Under the pieces are notes generated by a model. That model was not told the origin of the DNA and ran no database searches. It saw only the letters and a list, made by a program, of their open reading frames with translations. A DNA stretch of 63,763 bases, filler included, from Octopus bimaculoides (Eukaryota): assembly GCF_001194135.2 (NCBI RefSeq). It is 5 parts of 5 records of this genome, joined end to end, with 100 filler letters (N's around TTAATTAATTAA, not from the genome) between each part and the next. Parts side by side here need not be neighbours in the genome. Positions count along the whole stretch, not along the records: positions 29,938 to 60,355 come from NC_068985.1; positions 60,456 to 62,277 come from NC_069004.1; positions 62,378 to 63,763 come from NW_026343275.1; 2 more parts are not named here. The stretch is one strand, 5' to 3'. Positions 52,894-63,763 of this stretch are shown piece after piece; the first letter of the stretch is position 1; each line of letters opens with the position of its first letter. The translations under genes were made by a program, and so were the position numbers.

Positions 52894-52932
<39 letters not shown>

Positions 52933-52994
52933 TACGGGTGGGAAGAGAAACGAAAGAAAGTGGCAGGTAACACATTTGGTGATAATTACATATA

Positions 52995-53217
52995 CAATAA
53001 TCCCTCACCATATCGCGGTTCACTTATCGCGGTTTATTATTTAAGTTTAGGTCGATTCCTCCATGGTGTTGTATTGCATTTATAATAAAATAAATAAATA
53101 CAAATTATAGAAAAAAATTTTTAAATACACAATAAAATACTGTTTCTACTTCATGGATTTTCAATTATCGCGGGGTGATTTTGCAGTGTAAGACCCGCGA
53201 TAGTCGAGGGATTACTG
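52995..53217. mobile_element. Tigger/pogo-like MITE
   Basis: TIRs caataatccctcaccatatcgcgg / ccgcgatagtcgagggattactg, with TA on both sides. Confidence 0.85.
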
Positions 53218-53408
53218 TATATTACATTTCTGATAACAGTATTTAACTCATTTACATATGGCTTAAAATTGTCTGAGATCATTGGAGGAACTCATTTCAT
53301 TAGAAATCGGATGAGTTCATCCTAATTGCCCTCCAATTCTGAAATCACATGGAGCTGACTCAGACTGTTATGTATATGTGTGCGTTAGTGTGCGTTCGCG
53401 TATGTTTC

Positions 53409-53476
<68 letters not shown>

Positions 53477-53539
53477 GTTGTCACACGTCTGCACTTATTT
53501 TCGAATGGATCGCATTAGCATCACAGTTATTTACCGTTT

Positions 53540-53629
53540 TCGTCATCGTTATCACCACGTCGTTATCATCATCATCATCATCAACATCATCATCATCATT
53601 ATCATCATCATCATGAGCATCAGCATCCA

Positions 53630-53662
<33 letters not shown>

Positions 53663-53905
53663 GAGCCTCAGCATCTACATCATCATCTATCGATAACCAC
53701 CACGAATACCACCACGAATACCACCAACGAGCAACCACCAACATCACTAACCACCATCAACATCATCATCACCACCATCATCTTCATAATCATGATCATC
53801 TTTACCATCGTCATCTCCATCACACGACCATCGCCATCATCATCGGCGCCGTAGTAATCATCACCATCATCATCATCACCACCATCATCATCATCATCAT
53901 CGTCA
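53540..53905. repeat. Degenerate (CAT)n/(CAC)n low-complexity tract
   Basis: Direct reading. A similar tract lies at 46320-47095. Confidence 0.9.
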
Positions 53906-54789
53906 GCGGCGCCATGTCTATTGCCATAACGGCTCCTCCGTATCACAACCAGAACATAACCATCTAAACACCGTCCCCCACTTCCATAACTAACCGTTTC
54001 ATCTCTACCATCTACACGACCATCATGATTTCCATCTACCACACCACTAAATACCAAATTTGATACAATCAGGACCATAATTAAAACAAATTCTATTAAC
54101 GAATACCTACACCGATGCCATTAACACAGTCATCGATGTAATCTTTTGAACCAATGAGGTAGCCCCTACGAAGTCGGTCAGTCGACGTGCTAGAATTAGC
54201 AGTTAAATTTTCCAAAACTCTACATTCTTTATTTTAAAAAATCGAAAATATTACTGCATCTAAATATGATGAGATGGTCATATTAGTGGGATTTTGATCA
54301 TAGTTTATTTTTTTGGATTAGAATTTAGTGATGTGAATCCTTAGTATGTTTTACTTTTTTACTTGCTTTAGTCAGCTGACTGCGGCCATGCTGAGGCACC
54401 TCCCTGAAAACTTTTAGTCGAATTAATCGACCCCAGGATTTATCTTCATTTTAAGCCTTGTACTTACTCTATCGATCTCTCTTGTTTGCTGAACCACTAA
54501 TCGCAGGTGCATAAGGACGTCAACACACCAATACCAGTTGTTAAGCCATGCTCGGGACAAACACAAACACAAAAACACAAACACACACACACATACATAC
54601 ATACATACATACATACATACATACATACATACATACATACAAAAATACATTGTTGTTGATGTTGAAATTCCAATGAAGTTGTCTTGGATCTAGGTTAGAA
54701 ACCGACTTTTTCTCTATTGGCAAGAAATATTGAAATAAAACTGAACATGCATACATACATACATACATATATATATATATGTATGTATA

Positions 54790-54823
<34 letters not shown>

Positions 54824-54992
54824 GTGAACACAAGTCTGTAGGTACGCCGCTATATGTATATATAAATGTAAAAAGTGGAACAAAAATGCAATAGAGGTCA
54901 AGAAAACATTCGGACAAATAGACGATACAAAGGCGAACCGGAAGAGTAACAGTTAGAGGAGGAAAAAAAGACGGTCCATTCGTGGTCTTCTT

Positions 54993-55065
54993 TCTTTAGT
55001 CAAGTTACCAGATGTCCTTACAGTTTCGGAGAATTACACTTGAAATTGTTCGGTCTGGTTTCCCC
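54993..55065 (-). ncRNA. Decayed rearranged hammerhead ribozyme copy
   Basis: Minus strand reads GGGGAA-a-CCAGA-ccga-ACAAT-T^-TCAAGTGTA-a-TTCTCC-GAAA-CTGT-aaggaca-TCTGG-TAACTTGA-CTAAAGA. The helices are retained but the core is mutated (CUAAAGA, AUU site). Confidence 0.5.
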
Positions 55066-55774
55066 CTAAAAAGTCTAAGGTAAGATCATTAGATTTTTTG
55101 TGAGACGCTAACGAATGTGTACGGCACAAAGACAAAGAACAGAGAACAAGGTACACAATTGCAAATACAAACAACGAGAACATAACAAAAGGTGTCTTTC
55201 GACTGAGGACTAATCAAATTGAGCTGGCAATGTATAAAGTGAAAGCCTTAAGACAGGAACATAAGAGATGGACATAAGAGATGTTGGCGGTCAGTAATCA
55301 GGCCAAGAAAGAAAGATCATGGCTGGCCGGAACCGGTCACGTGGATGGAGGAGAGAGGAGTAGGGGGCAACAGGATTGAAGGATTAATAAAAAATCAAAG
55401 AGAAAAAGGGAAACGTACAGGGGAGATAAACGAGGAAGCAGCCATGATCTTTCTTTCTTGGCCTGACTGCCGACCGCCAACACTTCTTATGTCCATCTCT
55501 TATGCTCCTGACTTAAGGATTTCACTTTATACACGCCAGCTCAATTTGATTCTTTCTCAGTCGGTTTTATTGGATAGAAGTTGATGTGATGTGATTCACC
55601 AGCATCTTAATGAGTTCGTTTGACTTGCTTGAAATAACAGCCAAACGTTCTTTAAATCAGGCTAATCTCCTTTTGGTATCGGAAGGAAGAAAATACATAC
55701 TGGATAATGAAGTTCCAGATATTCTAGATGTCGAAAATCGAGAAACGATCTCGGGCTAAACAATAACAAAAATT

Positions 55775-55795
55775 ACTACTACTACTACTACTACT

Positions 55796-55853
<58 letters not shown>

Positions 55854-55870
55854 TGGCGATGACGATGATG
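55775..55870. repeat. (CTA)n-(CGA)n compound microsatellite
   Basis: Direct reading. Confidence 0.95.
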
Positions 55871-56322
55871 ACATCAACATATATGGGAGCAATGACGGAG
55901 GCTTTACATGATTATTAGGAAGAAATTCACCTCGTAATCATAATAGGGGGTGGGGATACATAAGATAATGTAAAAAACATGTAGTCATAAAAGAAAAGAT
56001 GGTCGAAGCGGGAGCGTATTTGATTGTGACTTTGGTGAGCTATCGTTTGCCTGGCCAAAAGAAAACCATAAAAGCGGCAAACACAATCGCATGGTCTTTT
56101 TAACTACAACAGGAAGTAGCTGAACTACGACGATCGTAATATAGAGTATCTTGAGTTTTACGTTCGAATCTGAAAGTGATTTTGTTTGTTTGTTTCTTTC
56201 TTTCTTTCTCCCCCCCTCTCTCTCTCTTTCACTCAGACACGCACACACATACAAACACATGCACACACGCATACACATACGCACATGCACTACATGCGTA
56301 CGTACCAATATTTCCAGATTCA

Positions 56323-56368
<46 letters not shown>

Positions 56369-57208
56369 NNNNNNNNNNNNNNNNNNNNNNNNNNNNNNNN
56401 NNNNNNNNNNNNNNNNNNNNNNNNNNNNNNNNNNNNNNNNNNNNNNNNNNNNNNNNNNNNNNNNNNNNNNNNNNNNNNNNNNNNNNNNNNNNNNNNNNNN
56501 NNNNNNNNNNNNNNNNNNNNNNNNNNNNNNNNNNNNNNNNNNNNNNNNNNNNNNNNNNNNNNNNNNNNNNNNNNNNNNNNNNNNNNNNNNNNNNNNNNNN
56601 NNNNNNNNNNNNNNNNNNNNNNNNNNNNNNNNNNNNNNNNNNNNNNNNNNNNNNNNNNNNNNNNNNNNNNNNNNNNNNNNNNNNNNNNNNNNNNNNNNNN
56701 NNNNNNNNNNNNNNNNNNNNNNNNNNNNNNNNNNNNNNNNNNNNNNNNNNNNNNNNNNNNNNNNNNNNNNNNNNNNNNNNNNNNNNNNNNNNNNNNNNNN
56801 NNNNNNNNNNNNNNNNNNNNNNNNNNNNNNNNNNNNNNNNNNNNNNNNNNNNNNNNNNNNNNNNNNNNNNNNNNNNNNNNNNNNNNNNNNNNNNNNNNNN
56901 NNNNNNNNNNNNNNNNNNNNNNNNNNNNNNNNNNNNNNNNNNNNNNNNNNNNNNNNNNNNNNNNNNNNNNNNNNNNNNNNNNNNNNNNNNNNNNNNNNNN
57001 NNNNNNNNNNNNNNNNNNNNNNNNNNNNNNNNNNNNNNNNNNNNNNNNNNNNNNNNNNNNNNNNNNNNNNNNNNNNNNNNNNNNNNNNNNNNNNNNNNNN
57101 NNNNNNNNNNNNNNNNNNNNNNNNNNNNNNNNNNNNNNNNNNNNNNNNNNNNNNNNNNNNNNNNNNNNNNNNNNNNNNNNNNNNNNNNNNNNNNNNNNNN
57201 NNNNNNNN

Positions 57209-57243
<35 letters not shown>

Positions 57244-58001
57244 AGAAACTTAAAAAAAAAAACATTAAAACCATCCATTTATCTTTTATTTGTTATCTAC
57301 TTTTGATTCTCAAATTCTTTATGTAGAGAAATACTGGGCAAAAAAAAAATTAATACAAGAATCACTGAAATACTGAGAAGTCTTAAAAATTCTTGAAATA
57401 AAAGGGGACACATAGATTGGAATATTGGAATCGAACAAATTTTCTCATAATTTTGTGCTTTTCTTTGAGGGCTTATTCAGCATTTATATATATATTTATT
57501 TATCGTCGTGGCTTTCCAAATTTTTTTCTTGAAATTCATTTGTTGTACTTTCACTTTAACACCACACTAAGATTATTTGGCACAAAAACAATATCTTATC
57601 GCATATAAGAGTCTATACATAAAGACATCAACGAATTGTGATAAAGTTTGGTTTCACATGAGAAGATAAATATTAAAATAATGGATATAACTATCGGGTT
57701 ACGTACGCATATACATACAAACATACATACTCAAAAAACACTGAAGTCTCCTACCACACACATACACAGACAAACACATACTCTCTACCCTCCTCTCTTG
57801 TTTCCTCCCCGAGCACACACACACATATTTACATATATGTATGTACGTATGTATGTATGTAGCTTATATATATGTGTGTATACATATATGTATTACACAC
57901 ACAAACATTCACACACACATATATACACATACACGTATATACATATATATATACACATATACATGTATATATGAATCTCTCTCTCTCATTCGCTGTCTCT
58001 C

Positions 58002-58042
<41 letters not shown>

Positions 58043-59499
58043 NNNNNNNNNNNNNNNNNNNNNNNNNNNNNNNNNNNNNNNNNNNNNNNNNNNNNNNNNN
58101 NNNNNNNNNNNNNNNNNNNNNNNNNNNNNNNNNNNNNNNNNNNNNNNNNNNNNNNNNNNNNNNNNNNNNNNNNNNNNNNNNNNNNNNNNNNNNNNNNNNN
58201 NNNNNNNNNNNNNNNNNNNNNNNNNNNNNNNNNNNNNNNNNNNNNNNNNNNNNNNNNNNNNNNNNNNNNNNNNNNNNNNNNNNNNNNNNNNNNNNNNNNN
58301 NNNNNNNNNNNNNNNNNNNNNNNNNNNNNNNNNNNNNNNNNNNNNNNNNNNNNNNNNNNNNNNNNNNNNNNNNNNNNNNNNNNNNNNNNNNNNNNNNNNN
58401 NNNNNNNTATATATACATACATACATTATATTCGTGTGTGTGTATTTCTTTGTCTTATCTTTTGTCTTCTACTTTTTACATGTTAAAGTCATTGGATAGC
58501 GACCGTGCCCTGGCAATTTTGAACAAAAAGAACCCAGTAGCTTTTTGCAAGCCTAGTACTCATTTAATCACCACTTTTACCTACCGAACTACTTCGTTAT
58601 GGGGACGTAAATGAACGTATAGCTGTGGTGAGGGACAAACATAACATTAAGCAATAACACACACACATATATATATAAATATGCACTTATATATTCAAAT
58701 ACATGCACGCATATACACATGCACACACATTCTCTTTCTTTCTTTATAACACATATATAAGTGATGTTGGTACGCCAAACCTTTATAACCATGAGTGTAG
58801 CTCTCGCCCTAGAGAAGAAAACGCTAGGTGGCGTCGAAATCTCGTCGGATCTTTCAGTCATGCACTACAACCTTCTCGTGTTTGCAGTTCAGCATTGTTG
58901 GCCAATCATTCTCTATAATATCCTGTTTTTCAGTTTAAGCTTTTTGTTTCTTTTAGAGCCAGCAAGAGGTACATGTGTTTTTTATAGTCTCGTCCAACTT
59001 ACCGCTCACTGCATTTCAGCCACTTCTAGAGAACTGTCATTTATCACCTATAGAGTTTGTGCACACCTCAGCGTCAAACACCCAGACCTTTCTGCCTTTA
59101 TGTTTACATTTATGTTTTACACTACTGTCCTAGTGAAGGCGCGTGGTTTAGTGGTTAGGATATATGGCTCATGATCATAAAGTCGCGAGTTCGAAACTGG
59201 GTGGCACGCTGTGTCCTTCAGCAAAACACTTTATTTCACGTTGCTCCAGGCCACTCAGTAGGCAAAACATGTACTAAAATGCTCAGCCCTGTCACATTCT
59301 GTGTCACGCCGAATCCTCCTGAGAACTAAATTAAAGATACTCATTTCTGTGGAATACTCAGCCACTTGCCTGCTAATTTCACGAGCGAGCAGTATGTCCT
59401 GTTGATCAGACCAACTGGAACTCTAGTCGTCGTAAGCGACGGATTGCCAGTTGTTATTGTACTAGACCCTTGTACTCGGAAACTTTTGTCTCAGAAGCT

Positions 59500-60000
59500 T
59501 CTTACATCTACCTTCCATGGGATCCTCAGTTCAGTATGAACGATTTCGTACCCAGCTCAAGCCATATTATTATGTCCAGGCCAGAGCATTCTTTGCAGCA
59601 TTATAGACCTCAAGCAAACTAATACGTTGGCTCCCTATAGCATTTATTTGGTGACAGCGAATCACAGTATATGTATATTAAAACTGGGCCTCCAGTCCCG
59701 TGATACCTCTATCTCGAGGCAACTACCCAGCGTGTCTATGTCTTCAGTGGGAAATCTACCTCAAGTCTCAGGGATATTCAGTTGAACTACAAAAAGAAGT
59801 TTCCTTCCTCAGCGACCTTCATGTCTCAGATTTATTTGCCTGGAGGACGCCTTTCTTAGTCTTTGAAGGTGGAGTTGACTTCTCCTACACTCCTACCTGG
59901 AGCTATACTTTTTCCAGACGCACTCTTCCTTTAACATGTCGGTCAATGATCCGTGGTTTTTTTTTAATATGCTATCTAATTGTTCCACTTTCTACTTGCA
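59500..60000 (-). mobile_element. Old LINE RT fragment (RTE/RTE-X-like)
   Basis: Remnants STPPSKTKKGVLQ (GVLQG motif), TEDIDTL (ADD region) and AKNALAW, with many stops and shifts. Confidence 0.4.
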
Positions 60001-60664
60001 CGTGAACAACTTACATCATTCCTAGAATGAACAAACGGTTTTATACACACACATACGCACTAACACACACACACACACACACGCATACACGTATGTATAA
60101 ATAGGTATGTATATAATGTTACATATGTATACGTATATATACAAACATAGAAGCATACGACATACGCGCAGAGGCACATACATGCATATATACATATATT
60201 TAAGTCTATGAATGCGTATATATATAAGTACGTACATGTGTATATCTTTATAAAGAAATACACATAAACATACAAACACGCATAGACACACACTCACACA
60301 AATACATACACCTATATACATATACATACATATATATATAGGTGTATGTATTTGTNNNNNNNNNNNNNNNNNNNNNNNNNNNNNNNNNNNNNNNNNNNNT
60401 TAATTAATTAANNNNNNNNNNNNNNNNNNNNNNNNNNNNNNNNNNNNNNNNNNNNGCTGTTGATGTGTTTACGTCCCCGTAATCTAGCGGTTCAGCAAAG
60501 AGATCGATAGAAAAGTACCAGGCTTACAAAAAATAAAAAAAGCACTGATTCATTCGACTAACAATTCTTCAAGACGGTGCCCCAGCATGTGCACAGTTGA
60601 ATGACTGAGCCAAGTAAAAGATAAAAGATGCACATTTACTCCTTTCCAGTACACTGTACATTCA

Positions 60665-60702
<38 letters not shown>

Positions 60703-62399
60703 GTGTTAAGGAATGGATTAGATATGAACCGGGCTACATATGTTTCTTAACGAGCGAAGCCTCGGAAGTGTTAAATGTCCAAGCGAGGCGTATACCGCAG
60801 GCTACACGTCAGGCCAATGATATCTTGATTAAATAAAGCTTACATTGTTGCAGGGTGGTACACGAGATAAAAATTGCTATTCGAAGACGTACGTACGCAC
60901 TTTAATGGCCGTGTTTTAATAATTAAAGACGTTACTAAAATCCTGCTATCCGCCAGTCTTTCTGCACTACTTTAGTTGTAGCATCATAAATATTTGATAC
61001 TAATGAAGCAAATTTTTGTTATGACGTTGTAGCAGACAAAGGAAATGAGCTCCTATTTATACAAGAGCTGATTAACAGTATCTTTTACCTACTTCAAATT
61101 GTCTTTGGAAACTTTGTCTCTTTTTTTTTCTTTTTATTTAATTTTGCTATATTTTTAACATGTCTAACATAAAATATTAGTTGTTCGCGAAAGCTATTAA
61201 AGAATGCAAATAATAAAAAAAAATATGAAAAAGGATTAATTCTGATGATTACATTTTTGTTGAAATATTATAGATAAAAATCAATATTGTTCAGTGCACA
61301 CTGCTTAAAATTACTGGTTAAAGTGAAACTCATTTACCATTTACATTAATATGTACGCAGATGAATATAACCAGCTTATCGCTCGCTGCTCATGAAGGTA
61401 CACTATCCGTTATATGATAACTATACAAAAATAACTAAAGTATATGGTAGTAATAGTCATGAAATATCTCAGTATAGAATACGATAAGAAATTTGTGATG
61501 AATCCTTTTACATGTCGCCTTGAATGTCTGGTTACTTTCCCGTCTGAAACAGAAGCCGTAGCCAAACTTTTGTATTATTAACGAAAGCAACCACTCTTTA
61601 CTTAACTAGTGCTTAAGCATTATTGAGAAGTATTCGTACTGAGTTTAGCCGTAATTTTATATTCTTAAAGATGATTAAAATATTGGGTTATCAGATAAAT
61701 TCGTTCAGTTTTCTTGTAGTCTCTCTTTGTTTCTTTCTCGTTAAAATCAAATGTCTGCAACGAAGTAAAATCTATTCAAATTTCAGAATAGAGCAACGAA
61801 GAAATGTAAAACAAAGATAAAAATATTTTTCGTGTTAATTCAAATAACGAAGGCGCATGGCCTAGTGGTTAGGCTGTTGTACTCACAATCGCTAGGTCAT
61901 CGGTTTGATTCCCTGAGTGGGCGGCACCTTATACCCTTGGGCAAAACACTTCATTTCATGTTATTCCAGAGCGTGCTTTCGATCAGGTGGAGAATGTTGG
62001 CCTGTTACACCTAGCCAGCTGGGTGGTGTCATTTGAAGACTAAAACAATGTAAATGTGCATTGTGACTAGTGATGTGTAACCACTAGTTAGAGGGACAGG
62101 GACAACTGAAGAAGGGAAATATTCTTTATGTTGCATGTCTCATTTCTCTGTTTTTTTCGTTGTTCGAAAAAAAGTTCGTTTTCTGTTTTCGTTTCTCATT
62201 GTGTTTAACGTTTTATGTGATGTCCTGTACCCATATATGCATGTATGTATACATACATATATATATATATATATATANNNNNNNNNNNNNNNNNNNNNNN
62301 NNNNNNNNNNNNNNNNNNNNNTTAATTAATTAANNNNNNNNNNNNNNNNNNNNNNNNNNNNNNNNNNNNNNNNNNNNGTCTCTGACGAAATTCTGCTTT

Positions 62400-63763
62400 A
62401 AGCACCCCATATAACCCCTTGTAACTTTTTTTCCCTTTGGATTATTCCCAAGATTTTTGCTAATTTGCCTCCTTCACACAAGAATTCATACGACCATGAA
62501 AAATCTGTTTCTTAATTCTTCCAAATTTAAAAAGATTTGGTTATAAAACCTCAAGAAGAAGATTTAAAATTCTTTTTTTGAAATCACAGTTTAAATTACA
62601 GACAGTTCGAAATTTGTGCTTAAATCCCAGCAATAATAATCTTCTCAGGCTCTCCAATATTTGACAATTATATCAAGAGAAAGAATCGGGGCCAAGAAGT
62701 GGGGCTAAAAATAATAATCATACATTTAAAAAATATTCTTTTTATTTTTTATAAGATAAATGTGTTTCTGAGGGAAAATATTGAAAAACATCAATAAATT
62801 ATTTGAGTTAGAAAAGAAAGAAGACAAGGAGGCTGGTGTGCTAGAAACAACAGCCAAATCTCCCTTAAATCACACACTTTTTCCTCGACCCCTTACAAAA
62901 CATTTTGCCAAAAAATTTCTTTGTAATCGTAACCTACACCGTTTGAAAGTAATTGCTATAAAATTTCATTCAAAAATATCCATTTTCCTCAAATTTATGA
63001 GGGGGGGAAATGCCGGGTGGTGTGAATTTTGCGAAATTCCTTTCCGCAACCTTTTTCCAACAAATCCTTACAAATACTCAATCTACAGGATCTAAGTGAT
63101 TATTTGTTGAAATTTTCATTAAAAAATATCCATTTTCCCAGCAAGTTATGAGGAAACAAAGTCGACGGGGGTATATATCTGTAGTTATGGCGAATTTGCT
63201 TCCTCACAACTTTCACAAAATTATATTTTAATGAAATTTTCTACAAATATTTTTCAGATGCTTTAGATTCCGATGAAATCGGAAATCATTGTGAAAACCG
63301 TTTGTCCCAGGGTGGGAAAAGCAGTTTTAGAAAATTCACAAGATTCGCCTTTGTTGTGAAAGGAAAAAGTTTTTCCAATAAATCCCCATATAATCGGAAT
63401 CTACACCATCTGAAGCATATTTGGAGGAAATTCCATGAAGAATATCCATTCTTCTGCAAGTTATTAGGGAAGAAGCATATACATCATAAAGGAACATTTA
63501 TACACATGTATATTGATATATACCTACATATACACACACGTCTTTGCTATGTATTTTAAACACATAAAACTCATAGATGTATACTTTTATAATATACTAG
63601 CAGTATAACCCGACCGTCTCCGGGTGTGACTTATTACACCATCTACGATAAGTCTTGCTAGGTGAAAATCAACTAAAAAAGAAAGCCTTACAACAAAAAA
63701 ACGCTTATGATGCAAATATGTTCATAATTCAAAAGACAATGAAATTAATAGGGAAAGTTTGAA
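62400..63763 (+). mobile_element. Helitron/Helentron-like non-autonomous elements with degenerate internal repeats
   Basis: At least three diverged units (aatctacacc...aaatttcattaaaaaatatccatttt...caagttatgagg) between about 62880 and 63480. A new element starts tactagcagtataACCCGaccgtctcCGGGT at about 63595. Confidence 0.45.

Noticed and set aside
459-58614. Long ORFs containing X runs (e.g. 459-1268, 33707-35191, 56151-57306)
   Set aside because: They are artefacts of N gaps plus flanking (TA)n/(CA)n.
1-63763. CRISPR arrays, rRNA, operons
   Set aside because: There are no regularly spaced repeats with unique spacers and no rRNA similarity. The sequence is eukaryotic.

Overview
AT-rich, gap-riddled eukaryotic scaffold, dominated by microsatellites and short interspersed repeats. 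The SINE families resemble those I know from octopod (Octopus) genomes; this is an inference, not a database result. There are no prokaryotic features, rRNA, true tRNA or CRISPR. Almost all listed ORFs are microsatellite or N-gap read-throughs. Supportable features: (1) one convincing protein-coding exon on the minus strand (28180-28351) matching the C-terminal R-x-SGLSKK / PIP-like region of exonuclease 1 (EXO1), plus a few weaker exon and micro-exon candidates; (2) decayed transposons: a Penelope-like RT, R4/Dong-like and RTE-like LINE fragments, a near full-length Hsmar1-like mariner nested in a second mariner, Tigger-like and other MITEs, and Helitron/Helentron-like ends; (3) dozens of SINE copies; (4) short Penelope-type terminal modules carrying self-cleaving ribozyme motifs. 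Some modules hold canonical minimal hammerheads (23452-23487, 23761-23795). Three others (8533-8604, 45400-45472, 54993-55065) hold all hammerhead core elements in a non-circularly permuted order, with four helices that covary between sequence-divergent copies. These rearranged hammerheads are the most interesting signal in the window. Many long inverted repeats are also present.
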